DNA of 64,000 nucleotides from an uncultured Nitrososphaerota archaeon (GTDB lineage Archaea > Thermoproteota > EX4484-205 > JAAOZO01). Under the pieces are notes generated by a model, which worked only from the letters and a program-made list of their open reading frames with translations, did not search any database and had not been told where the DNA came from. The stretch spans positions 32,001-96,000 of the forward strand of contig CAYOYV010000002.1 of the NCBI GenBank assembly GCA_964408285.1, read 5' to 3'. Position 1 is the stretch's first letter; each line of letters starts with the position of its first letter. Below are positions 38,442 through 48,285 of this stretch, piece by piece. The translations under genes and the position numbers were made by a program.

Positions 38442-39977
38442 ATGAGTGGGATTAGGTTCAGATATTCCGGCATCGTCGCATTCTCTGCCAATATCCTTTC
38501 GGTCCTCACGGGTCTTATCTTCTCGGTTGTGGTGACAAGGAGGTTATCGGTGCAGGAGTTTGGCACTTGGCAATTCTACTCGAGCTCATTAGCATATTTC
38601 GCCTTGCCCTCATATATAGTGAATTACTGGCTCACAAGGAACATTGGCCGTGGCAAGAGTGCTGTGAATTCAGCTCTGACGTTCAATGCCGTTTTCTCTT
38701 GGCTGGCGACGATCCTTTTCTTCGCAACATCGATTGTTCTGACGAACTACGCTTATGCTTCCAATGAGGTGATTATAGTCTTCGGGATTTGGCTCCTAAC
38801 GTCATATCTCTCTTCCACAACTGACGCCGCTGCCTCCGGTTCGCTTCCACACTTGTACGGATACGGGGTAGCGGTGTTTGAACTGGCCAAGGTCATCTCT
38901 GGCGCGATTCTAGTTGCTTGGCTAAGACTGGGGCTTGCAGGAGCCGTGATTTCCGTCGATATCGCACTATTACTGAGGTTCGTCCTTCTGTATTTCCTTG
39001 TTCCAGAGTCTCTAAAAGGGAGGATTGGGTTCTCAGAGGCATTTGGCTGGCTCAGGAGATTCTGGATTCCGCTAACCAGTGTTTTGCCGGGTCTGATATT
39101 CTCCCTAGATGTAATTCTTGTAACCATAATAACGGGCAATCCAACTTCCGCTGCGTATGTCAGAGCCTCCACGACCTTTTCGATGGTGATTCTATTCTCC
39201 AACTCCCTTTCCATCGCACTGTATCCGAAGCTTCTATCTGGAGGTGGTAGAAAGGAAATCGAGGACTCCCTAAAAATGGTAATGATGTTTGCGATTCCGA
39301 TGTTCTTGGGCATTTTCTTCCTTGCCGAACCATTGCTCTATCTTCTAAGGGCTCAGTATGCCACCGCGGTATGGGTATTGAGAGCCTACGCAACTCTACA
39401 TTTCCTGGGAACGATCAAGGCGATTCTTATCACGATTCTTCTTGGCACAGAGAAAGTCGACATTGACGAAACGGCAACATACAAGGAATTCTCGTCTTCA
39501 TCGTTGATGAAGGTGCCAATGGCCGACATTCTCAATTCATCGATATATATCGGCGTGATTCTAGTTTCGTCCTTCTGGCTGAATTCTATTGGAACCGAAC
39601 CTGTGATGCTCTCACTGAGTCTGGCAGTTATCTACATTGTGGCAATGCTGCCATTTCTCCTATACTATTGGAGGGCCTCGAAGAGAAGAGTGGAGTATTC
39701 GTTCCCGGTTGGGAGTCTCGCAAGATACCTCGCAGCAGGTTCAGTGATGGTTTGCTTCCTGTTGTTCTTCTTCCCAACTGGAGCTATGAGCGAGCAGATA
39801 TTCAACGTCATGGTGTCCCTACTTCCAGTGATCGGGGTAAGTGCCATCCTATACTTCTCAGTTCTGATCGCAATAGATGGAGAAACAAGGCAGCTCGTCG
39901 TATTGGTGCTAGCGAGAATTGAGAAAATCATCAAAGACCTCCAGTCTCCCATTACTCAATCCGACAAGGGGCAATAG
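38442..39977 (+). CDS. MOP-superfamily oligosaccharide flippase / polysaccharide export protein
   Basis: About 14 TM; TRRLS.QEFG.W, LG..GAV, LYPKLL, LA.PLL.LL...Y..A. Confidence 0.8.
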   Translation: MSGIRFRYSGIVAFSANILSVLTGLIFSVVVTRRLSVQEFGTWQFYSSSLAYFALPSYIVNYWLTRNIGRGKSAVNSALTFNAVFSWLATILFFATSIVLTNYAYASNEVIIVFGIWLLTSYLSSTTDAAASGSLPHLYGYGVAVFELAKVISGAILVAWLRLGLAGAVISVDIALLLRFVLLYFLVPESLKGRIGFSEAFGWLRRFWIPLTSVLPGLIFSLDVILVTIITGNPTSAAYVRASTTFSMVILFSNSLSIALYPKLLSGGGRKEIEDSLKMVMMFAIPMFLGIFFLAEPLLYLLRAQYATAVWVLRAYATLHFLGTIKAILITILLGTEKVDIDETATYKEFSSSSLMKVPMADILNSSIYIGVILVSSFWLNSIGTEPVMLSLSLAVIYIVAMLPFLLYYWRASKRRVEYSFPVGSLARYLAAGSVMVCFLLFFFPTGAMSEQIFNVMVSLLPVIGVSAILYFSVLIAIDGETRQLVVLVLARIEKIIKDLQSPITQSDKGQ

Positions 39978-39979
39978 AG

Positions 39980-42900
39980 TTATCTCGTTTCTACTCCCTC
40001 GGCTGGTTGTTCGTATGTCAAGAGTAGCTTTTCAGCTTGGACTTCTGTGTATTTGCTGCCCGAGATTATCGCGACGTTCTTTTTCAGGATGATGCTGGCC
40101 AAAGTCATCGCAGAGCTGATGGCCCCGTCGTCTGAGTCTATTGTGACCGTGTCCACATCCCTGAGTTCCTCCACGAGTCTGGATACAGTGCCCTGTGGAT
40201 TCTCCACCGATATCTTCCTGACTTCTATAGCAGGCGGCCAAATGCCCTCCCTCCACAATTTCCTCTTCAGCTCATTCATTTTCTGAGTCGTTTCTCCTCT
40301 TGAATAGACTATGAGAAGCTGCGGATGATATACCCTAACTAGAGAGAGGAGGGGCTCAATTGAACTTCCGAATGGAGCAGCAACCCTTGCCTTCGAGGCG
40401 GTCCACTCGAATACCAGCCTCCTTATGTGAGAAGCGACTTCGTGGACCTGTGTCTCTGCCATCTTGGGGTATGCGGAGTCTGGGTTTACCCTGAGTGAGA
40501 CCTGAAATCCAGTTCCTTCTCCGCTTTTGACTTCTATTGTATTATTCGAGGTGAATCCCTTGTTTCCGCTTCTGCTGTACTTGAACCTAACAGAGTGAAG
40601 AGGCCTACCATATTCGTCAACAGTGGACTTCTTTGAGACTTCGCCTATCAGTATCTCTAGTTGCTTCCCGCTTGCCGGCAACCTTTCGGCCAGATAATCG
40701 ACCAGAATATTCACCTTCTCTTGGGGAACTCGGGCAGGTATTTGCAGGATCCATTCATTTCCTATCTTCGCATGTTCCTCAAGCTTCCACTTAATCCTGA
40801 GAGAAGGCGTTGCAATTCTCGATGCGGTAAATGCAGGGATTGCTGCGCCTATCACGGAGACCAATACAGAGATCCCGACTATTGAGAGCATGTCGCCTGT
40901 TGATGTCTTGACGTCGACGGGTATTGAAACGCCTCCTAGAGAGAAAAGACGGAATGCGGCGAAACTCAGCAGATAACCGATTCCTCCACCTATTATTCCA
41001 AGCATAGCTCCCTCCGCCACATGGAGAAGGAATATGTGCGTTGGATTCAGGCCCACAGCGGAAAATGCGAATATCTCCGACCTTCTCTCTTGGACCGATG
41101 AGAGCAAAACCACTAGTATGTTGAGGACGATTATGACAAGTGGGATAATTGCTGAAACTCCCGTCAGCTCATTGACGGAACCCCTGAAGAAGAAAACCGG
41201 ATTCCCACCACTGGGAAGTGCGAGGGCATAGAAATTAGCGAGCAAAGACAGCCTTTCTCCCGCAGAAAGAATGTCCTCGCTACGGACTTCACAATACAGT
41301 TTTGACACCCTTGCTCCAAGTTTCATTGAGGTGGTGTCAGACGCAAGCAATAGGAATTCCGGGTCAACAGTAGTGTTCAACGCTGCCGGGCCTGCGACGA
41401 TCTGTATTGGCAGCCATTCCGCTCCATCTGGGTCCTTTAGACTCCTCAGTCTTGAACCATCGAAAACTCCAACAATCAACAGCTTGACATTCTTGAACAC
41501 CAATGACATGCCGACTTCCAGTCCCTGTGATCTTGCAACGTAGTCACTTATGAGAACGGAATTTCCCTCCAAGAATAATCTGTCTGTTGCGTTTCGAGGA
41601 TTGGTTGATGCCTTGATAACATCAATGTTTGGATCGCCTTTCGCTATTCCTCTCACGGCCATTATCGTAACTGAGCCTATCTCCCCTATGCCAGACTGGG
41701 ATGGGGGCGATTCAGCCTTCGCATAGGCCCCTATTAGGCCCGACTGGCTTGAGACAAAGTCCAAATCAATCCGAGTGAAGAATCCAGTGGGTTTTGACAC
41801 CAGAATAAGACTTGGGCTTTCGAGTGGCCACCTGGAATTCATAACGAATTGGCTAGCCCCAATAGTTGTCCTCATCGCGCTGAAAGTCGATAATCCCAAC
41901 ACAAACGTGGTAAGGGATATCAGGGATAGCAGTGTCCTTGTCTTCCTTTTCTTCATGTTCCCTGACGAGTAAGAAATGGCCAACATTATGGCGGGGACTA
42001 GGCTGACCCCTCCCTCACTCCTATAGTTGCTCATCAGCCTCGGCAAGAGGAAGAAAAGAATCAAAGCCACGAACAGGAAATAGGATCCGATTATGGCCTC
42101 CCCGAAGGAGAATTGAGCAAATCCAGGATATGTCTGATACACGATCGTCATCACCACTGCGAATGAGATAACAAGGAAGACTACTTCATCGCTGATCTTC
42201 TCAAACAACGAACCTGCCAAAGCAACGCAGACCAAGATCACAAGAGCGAAGATGGCCACTTGGCTGGTCGTCGCGCCCTTGTATATTGTATTCATAGCAC
42301 CCAGTATGTTCATGCTGACCAAGTACGCCCTCTTCTGGGCTTCTGCACCAACAGCAGGATTCACTGTTGAGTTGAATAGGATCAAGGCTCTGTCTATTTC
42401 TTCTAGCCTTTGGGATTCCAGGCCAAGATAGAACCCCTGCAAGCTCTGCTTCTCCACCGCCTTCTTGGCCTGTTCCACCATTCTATCGACCAGCATTTGA
42501 TTCCTAGCAACCAACATTGAGGCGAGTGAGGTGGAATTCACCGTCTCGCTTTCCTCCGCAATCAGAGGCATCGAAGCATTCCCCAACGAGCCATAGATTA
42601 TCTCATTGCCGATCCTTGCCTTCAGGGTGATTGCCAGAGGGATGTCAGAGGGAATTACAATGCTGCTGGGGTCTATGTTGAGAAGCCTGAGGTAAACGGC
42701 GTTCGTACTGGTGTAGTTCGTAACGAGGCTGGTTCCTTTTGGCAAAGCATAGACCTTCTCGAAAAGGACTCCGATTGCTTTGAATGATAGCTCGATGTCC
42801 GGGATTCTGTCTTGAGATATCTCAGTGACGAAGTTTGCTATTTTGACAATGGAACCTGGGATTAGGGTCAGATTAGCCGATTTCCTGTCGCCCGGGTTCG

Positions 42901-45427
42901 CATTGCCAAGACTCGCAATGACAGGAACATATACGCGATCTGACTCAATCACGGGGCCCCATAGCTCCAATCTACTTGTGCTCGGCATGCAAGTATAGGC
43001 CGAGCCGTTACGGACTTCCAAGAACCTGTAGGAATCACCCAGGACTAGCAGGAACAGAGAACGCGAAGGCATTTCGGCCCCAGTCAAAGAAACCTGCAAA
43101 GCAGCTGCCGCCCTGACGGAGAAGTCAAAGTGATTTACATCCTGAATGGAACCGTTGTTTGACTCGATGTACGTTTCGAATCTCAGACGATGACTCGAGT
43201 CCAAAAACGCTGGCATACGCAATGGAAAATGCCCAGCAAGAAAGGGCACCGAGTCGCTGCTTGGGATTGTTACGTTGAAAATGCCTGAATCCATGATTGA
43301 AGAGGTTGTCAGATCCAAGAGCCTCCAACTAAGCCTAGCGTTCTTCGCAGCATTCGGATCGTCATTGACTATCCAAACGTTGAGTCTGACAAGGGTTTCG
43401 AGGTCGCAGCTTAGCTCGGTACGCTTTGTGATGAAATCCCCTGCCCATTCTATGATCGCATGAGTCGGCCTAAACGCCTCGGAGACAATAAGACTGGAGG
43501 ACTTCTGCGTCCCATAGTAGTCCAATAGAGAGCCGGATACGGAGGGAAGGTAGTCCCTGAATAATCCTACAGTGATCCCTTCGGTATAGTTCCCCTTCAA
43601 CAACCTTGCCCTTTCAATTGCCGTCTTCAATATGGTGGCCTGATATCCCTGGCTCTCGTTCACGTAGTCAGAAAGGCTCTTGTATTCCTCAGGATTACCA
43701 AGATAGGAATACCATAGATTTGCTGAATAGCCATAGCCCTCCAACGAACGAATTAATCCGGAGGAGATCTGGTTTCCTTGGAACATAGACCAGAAGATAG
43801 ACTGAGCTGAAGGAAGGGATTGAGATCCCAATACGACCGGGAATGCCGACAAGTAGGATCTATAATTCTCCCAAGTCCGAGAACCCCATCCGAAATTCAG
43901 GAATTCATTCTCACTGCCAGAACCTTCTATGGTATGTCTATCGTGGTCCAACTCGCCCAACAACTCGGACAGAGACGCATCTGCCATCCTGTTGGCTCCT
44001 AATCTGAATAGATCTCCTGCACTTTCATCTGTCCAAGGGGGGAGTGTGTGAATACACCAGAGGACAACGCTCGGGCTGTTGTAGAGCATAAGTACCAACC
44101 TGATCAGTTGTCTCTGTGCCTCCCTCAAGGCCTCTTTGTCTGTGTCCAAAGACTTGGCATATCCGATCAAAGGCAGATCGCCCTGGACCATGAAGCCGTG
44201 GGCGTCAGCGTATTCATAGAAAGCAAGGGGTTCAACATGTGCGATTGGTCTAAGGAAATTCACATTCATCTTGCGAAGTAGCTCATAGTCCGCGGCCAGA
44301 TTGGCTGTTGAAGATGTGAAATTGTATGGATCCGATACATACGTTGTCCCCCTTAGGAAAATTCGTCTTCCGTTAATCGAGAACCTGGATCCAGTGTTAC
44401 CAAAAGCTGCCACGAAATCTCTGAAGCCAAATGCTCCGCTTATAGAGCCCTGACTTTTCGAGCCAACGAGCAGCTCGACCTTGAACTGATAGAGGTTCGG
44501 AGAGCCAAGATCCCAAGTTGACCAAGGAAGTGGATTTCCCGCTGCCAGATTCGCTTCCACCCACTTTGCCTCACCTGGATCAAGATCTGCCTTAATCCAG
44601 GACATCAAGGGTGATTCCTTCGAGCCGTCTAGACTCACCGACAAGGAGATGTCTGTTGAAGCCTTTGCTGTACCGGTGTTCTTTACGAACAAACGGAAGT
44701 TTGCACTTGCGCTGCCCCCTAGGGTCCCAGCAACAAGCGCGAGTTGAACGACAGTGCTGCCCGTTGTTGCCAGTTCGACATCATTCCACAGACCGATAGG
44801 CATTGCCGGATCTGTGCCAATTGGACCAATGCTTTGCCCAATGGGTCCGCTTGTTCCGTAGAGGCCAGTTAGGAGCCCGATCGACTCCTTATCTACAAGT
44901 GAATCAACGAACACCGTCAGCAGATTGTCAGAACCATGAACAAGGACATTAGTCACATCGAAAAAGAAGGGAGAAAAATATCCTGTGTGAGAACCTAGGT
45001 ACCTACCATTGAGCCAAACATCTGCCTTTGCCCAAACGCCCTTGAAGACGATAATGTATCTCTCCCCCTTCAATTCAGTAGGCGGCGTGAAGGTCCTCCT
45101 AAGCCAGAGCGTGGAATTATGTCTCGTAGACTTGAATTCAAAGGGGACGACAACCTTGTTCCAAGAGCCATCATCATAGGATTCTTCGTAATATAATTCA
45201 TAGTTGCCCCGCTCGAATGTGTCGTAGACATATTTCCATTCTCCGCTAAGTGAGATCTTAGTAATCGCGAAATAGTTGGGTTGTATGAAGGTTTGGAGCA
45301 CCTCTTCCGTTATCCCCTTCTCAGCCGGAACTATGATGTATTGTAGAATTGGAAGGAAGGCGATCCAAATCGTGAACAATGCGATTAGGACCGAAGACAA
45401 CAAGCGCAGCCTCGTCCTATTCACCAA
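39980..45427 (-). CDS. 1815-aa fusion: TM anchor, GH2-like ectodomain (apparently non-catalytic), MacB/FtsX-type permease, cytoplasmic domain and CARF-like C-terminus
   Basis: GH2: SLSGEW, LWLRRTF, FKGV..KADVWLNG.YLGSH.GYF.PF.FDVT, W..WDLGSPNLY, FGFR, INGRRIFLRG, AHVEP..FYE.AD..G. FtsX: RKTRTLL.L, SVQERRSEI..FSAVGLNP.HI..L...EG, PA..ASR..TP. Confidence 0.88.
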   Translation of the reverse strand: MVNRTRLRLLSSVLIALFTIWIAFLPILQYIIVPAEKGITEEVLQTFIQPNYFAITKISLSGEWKYVYDTFERGNYELYYEESYDDGSWNKVVVPFEFKSTRHNSTLWLRRTFTPPTELKGERYIIVFKGVWAKADVWLNGRYLGSHTGYFSPFFFDVTNVLVHGSDNLLTVFVDSLVDKESIGLLTGLYGTSGPIGQSIGPIGTDPAMPIGLWNDVELATTGSTVVQLALVAGTLGGSASANFRLFVKNTGTAKASTDISLSVSLDGSKESPLMSWIKADLDPGEAKWVEANLAAGNPLPWSTWDLGSPNLYQFKVELLVGSKSQGSISGAFGFRDFVAAFGNTGSRFSINGRRIFLRGTTYVSDPYNFTSSTANLAADYELLRKMNVNFLRPIAHVEPLAFYEYADAHGFMVQGDLPLIGYAKSLDTDKEALREAQRQLIRLVLMLYNSPSVVLWCIHTLPPWTDESAGDLFRLGANRMADASLSELLGELDHDRHTIEGSGSENEFLNFGWGSRTWENYRSYLSAFPVVLGSQSLPSAQSIFWSMFQGNQISSGLIRSLEGYGYSANLWYSYLGNPEEYKSLSDYVNESQGYQATILKTAIERARLLKGNYTEGITVGLFRDYLPSVSGSLLDYYGTQKSSSLIVSEAFRPTHAIIEWAGDFITKRTELSCDLETLVRLNVWIVNDDPNAAKNARLSWRLLDLTTSSIMDSGIFNVTIPSSDSVPFLAGHFPLRMPAFLDSSHRLRFETYIESNNGSIQDVNHFDFSVRAAAALQVSLTGAEMPSRSLFLLVLGDSYRFLEVRNGSAYTCMPSTSRLELWGPVIESDRVYVPVIASLGNANPGDRKSANLTLIPGSIVKIANFVTEISQDRIPDIELSFKAIGVLFEKVYALPKGTSLVTNYTSTNAVYLRLLNIDPSSIVIPSDIPLAITLKARIGNEIIYGSLGNASMPLIAEESETVNSTSLASMLVARNQMLVDRMVEQAKKAVEKQSLQGFYLGLESQRLEEIDRALILFNSTVNPAVGAEAQKRAYLVSMNILGAMNTIYKGATTSQVAIFALVILVCVALAGSLFEKISDEVVFLVISFAVVMTIVYQTYPGFAQFSFGEAIIGSYFLFVALILFFLLPRLMSNYRSEGGVSLVPAIMLAISYSSGNMKKRKTRTLLSLISLTTFVLGLSTFSAMRTTIGASQFVMNSRWPLESPSLILVSKPTGFFTRIDLDFVSSQSGLIGAYAKAESPPSQSGIGEIGSVTIMAVRGIAKGDPNIDVIKASTNPRNATDRLFLEGNSVLISDYVARSQGLEVGMSLVFKNVKLLIVGVFDGSRLRSLKDPDGAEWLPIQIVAGPAALNTTVDPEFLLLASDTTSMKLGARVSKLYCEVRSEDILSAGERLSLLANFYALALPSGGNPVFFFRGSVNELTGVSAIIPLVIIVLNILVVLLSSVQERRSEIFAFSAVGLNPTHIFLLHVAEGAMLGIIGGGIGYLLSFAAFRLFSLGGVSIPVDVKTSTGDMLSIVGISVLVSVIGAAIPAFTASRIATPSLRIKWKLEEHAKIGNEWILQIPARVPQEKVNILVDYLAERLPASGKQLEILIGEVSKKSTVDEYGRPLHSVRFKYSRSGNKGFTSNNTIEVKSGEGTGFQVSLRVNPDSAYPKMAETQVHEVASHIRRLVFEWTASKARVAAPFGSSIEPLLSLVRVYHPQLLIVYSRGETTQKMNELKRKLWREGIWPPAIEVRKISVENPQGTVSRLVEELRDVDTVTIDSDDGAISSAMTLASIILKKNVAIISGSKYTEVQAEKLLLTYEQPAEGVETR

Positions 45428-45451
45428 ACTGGCCTTGTACTTTTTTGCAAC

Positions 45452-45459
45452 TTTATAAA
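45452..45459. promoter_or_regulatory. Palindromic TATA box probably serving both divergent genes
   Basis: TTTATAAA in a 58-nt gap, 24 nt from TTG 45427 (minus) and 26 nt from TTG 45486 (plus). Confidence 0.7.
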
Positions 45460-45485
45460 CGCTTCAATGTTGTCTGGAAATTGGA

Positions 45486-47894
45486 TTGGATAGCTCGCAG
45501 AGGATTTCTTTGGCGTCTCAGGTCTTCAGTGCTTTGAAGGCAAGGATCATCTTGATCTTGATGATCGCAATTTTGGTCTTTGCCCTTGCGTCCATAAAAA
45601 CACTGTTCAGGGAAGGCATGATCCTTGGTCGGGACCATCCATTCCACATGCTTAATTGCTACTTCACAACGCTCTATATGTTACCGTCATTCAACATTCT
45701 TGGTTGGGATCCATACAACAACTATGGCTTGGTCTTCAATCAATACTACGATGCCGGGACGAACATCCTCATATCTCTGATCTACTACGCCTCCCTGGAA
45801 CAGCTGAATATATTCGATTCCTACAAGGTTGCCTTCGCACTTGCCTATGTTCTCATGGCACCGGTTACCTACCTCTTCATTTATTCGATTTCGAAGGATA
45901 AAATGGCCGGGTTGGTGGGAGCACTGCTTTCCATAATCGTGTTCCCAGCCGAGTCTTCCTTGTTCGATGCCGGTTTAAGACAAATGTACGAGACAGGAAT
46001 GTGGCCTGAGAGATTCGGCAACGTACTCTGCTTTTTCGGTCTTGCTCTACTGATTCTGTCCTTTGAGGAGAAAAGCCTCTCGAAGAGGCTGCTGACAACG
46101 GCATGGACTTCTGTGATTTTCGCCTGGACCGTCTTGACTCACGTTGTCGCAGGCCTATCTTTGGCTTCACTGGCAGCAGTCGGATGGCTCCTGCCAAGTC
46201 TCCATGACATCAAGTCCGCCATTACCGAAAGCAAAGACGGAATTCCTGGAATGGTCACGACAATTCTGCATCAGAACCGGAGGAAAACGTTCTCCTATCT
46301 CTCGGTTTGGGCCCTTTCCATCGGCCTGTGTGCTTTCTGGACTATTCCCCTCCTGGAGACTTTAGAGAAGTTTTACAGCTTCCCCGCTATCTCCTCATCG
46401 GGGGGGACAGACATGCTTGTCCAGGTATTCCAGAGCCTCCCATGGTATGTGTTGGGTTTCTATGTCATAGGGGCCGCAACACCTTTTCTCGACAGGAGAC
46501 AGATAAGGAATCCTCTTGCGATTGTGTCCCTTGCATCAGTCCTACTTCTTCAGATCCTGTCGTTGGTCAACCCAAACGACAAGTTCGTTGGGACAAGGTT
46601 GGTCTTCTCCGCATTGTTCTCCCTCATCTACTACCTGACAACTGATGATTACGCTGTTGGTTTTTCCCTCACCGGGACCTCACTTCTCCTTCTTCTTTCC
46701 ACGGGTCCAAGCACGCATGTGATCGATTTGCTCATCTTCAGACTGGACCTTTCGAACGCATTCTCCGTCGTTGCCTCTTTCGGGTATTCCAAGTTCGCCT
46801 CGGTGGCGCGGCTTGTGATTGTCATACTGTCTTCGATCGGATTCTCAAGATTGGCCAGCTTCCTTTATGCTCATGCTAGAACCGCTGGCTCCAAGAGGGA
46901 ATTCGTCCCTGTCGTCTATTCAATCGTGCTTGGATTCATGATCTTCCTATTCCTCAACTTCCAGATCAGCACTCAGATGGAGAATACTGATCTGAACTAT
47001 CCCTGGTCCCAGCAGATCAACCTGAAGCTCTCATCCGATTTTCGACTTGTGAGTCAAGCCGATTCGCTGATCTCATGGATCAAGCAGAACGGGGATAGCA
47101 ATTCCTACATCTTGATGCAGGACATCCTTGATATCGGAGACTGGATGGGTTTCCCGAAATCCCATTATCTGTACCTTACACCGGTTTTCACTGGAAAACC
47201 CATCGTGGGAGGAGTAGAGGGCAGCAACTATATCACCAATCCGATCTCCACTACCGACGGGGGCCAAATTCTGTCAATGCCAATCTCCAGGATAGTTGGG
47301 GAACTGGGCACATTCGACAGGCTGCTGGGAGAATTGGGAATAGGCCATGTTGTGGTCTTCGATATTAGATTGATCAAAGCCATGAATGCCAGCAGCCTGT
47401 TCCGCCTCTCGTACTATGACGGGTTATTTGCCGTCTTCAGAAGAGCAGAGCCCGCGTACATAGCCAGCGTTCAGAACGCCGGGGAAATCCTTGAAGCGAC
47501 CTACGAGATAAATGCGATGTCCTTCAAGGTCTCTGGGGCTGAAGGCAACTCGTCACTTCGTATAAGAGCTGTCGATTATCCGGGATGGTCTGCCAAGGTG
47601 AACGGAGAAAGCACAGAGATTCATCAGTATCGCCCTAAGATACAATCAGTGATGAATTGGAAGGGGGTCGTCGTTCCGGACTATGAAGTCCCATTCATTG
47701 AAATCTCATTGCCCGCCGGTCAATCACGAGTAGTTCTTGATTACCATAGGTCAACGGCCGGGGACTCGATCACAGGTGTCTCGCTTGTGCTGTTTGCCGC
47801 CTTCAACCTGCTTGGATCAGCCGTAATCGTGAAAGATCTCTATGCTAAGAGTGGTTCATCTGTCAAACATGCTGCGTTGAAGGGATTTCAGTGA
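45486..47894 (+). CDS. Polytopic YfhO / PTPS-related membrane protein, probable GT-C glycosyltransferase
   Basis: First loop GRDHPFH...GWDPY..YG..FNQYY, more than 12 TMs, LTH, AFW.IP, C-terminal YPGWSAKVNG beta domain and final TM. Confidence 0.78.
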   Translation: MDSSQRISLASQVFSALKARIILILMIAILVFALASIKTLFREGMILGRDHPFHMLNCYFTTLYMLPSFNILGWDPYNNYGLVFNQYYDAGTNILISLIYYASLEQLNIFDSYKVAFALAYVLMAPVTYLFIYSISKDKMAGLVGALLSIIVFPAESSLFDAGLRQMYETGMWPERFGNVLCFFGLALLILSFEEKSLSKRLLTTAWTSVIFAWTVLTHVVAGLSLASLAAVGWLLPSLHDIKSAITESKDGIPGMVTTILHQNRRKTFSYLSVWALSIGLCAFWTIPLLETLEKFYSFPAISSSGGTDMLVQVFQSLPWYVLGFYVIGAATPFLDRRQIRNPLAIVSLASVLLLQILSLVNPNDKFVGTRLVFSALFSLIYYLTTDDYAVGFSLTGTSLLLLLSTGPSTHVIDLLIFRLDLSNAFSVVASFGYSKFASVARLVIVILSSIGFSRLASFLYAHARTAGSKREFVPVVYSIVLGFMIFLFLNFQISTQMENTDLNYPWSQQINLKLSSDFRLVSQADSLISWIKQNGDSNSYILMQDILDIGDWMGFPKSHYLYLTPVFTGKPIVGGVEGSNYITNPISTTDGGQILSMPISRIVGELGTFDRLLGELGIGHVVVFDIRLIKAMNASSLFRLSYYDGLFAVFRRAEPAYIASVQNAGEILEATYEINAMSFKVSGAEGNSSLRIRAVDYPGWSAKVNGESTEIHQYRPKIQSVMNWKGVVVPDYEVPFIEISLPAGQSRVVLDYHRSTAGDSITGVSLVLFAAFNLLGSAVIVKDLYAKSGSSVKHAALKGFQ

Positions 47895-48285
47895 AGGGAA
47901 CCAACTGTCAATAATCGCATATGGAAATCGCCACCTGTTCAGAGCACGACTCCGAGCAGCACAATCAGAGCTCACAGAAGATGAGCTCGCGTTAAATGTG
48001 ATTCCAACTAATACCAAGCTAAGTGAAAGACAAATGGAGATATGAGGCAGAATAGGCAAATGGGGAAGATCCAGAATCAGCAAAGAAATCGATTGGAAGG
48101 AAATGGCCAAAGACCTTAGGGCTGACCTCGGTAGATCAGCATTCGCCTCCAGAACCACATATTACTTCAGCTGAAGAAGGGAGGTGGCGCACTAGGTTGA
48201 GAGGCTTTCTAAGACAACTATTCCTAACATATCGTGAGCTTGCCTTAAATACGGTTGTGAGAAGGAACTAAACAAGGTGAGAAAC

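Noticed and set aside
39980-40390. CRISPR type III ancillary effector reading of the CARF-like domain
   Set aside because: No cas genes or array in the window, and the canonical ligand-binding loop is not conserved.
47895-48276. Roughly 380-nt gap with purine-rich, coding-like stretches and a possible TAG read-through
   Set aside because: No frame gives a recognisable protein and nothing supports recoding; it may be a decayed gene.
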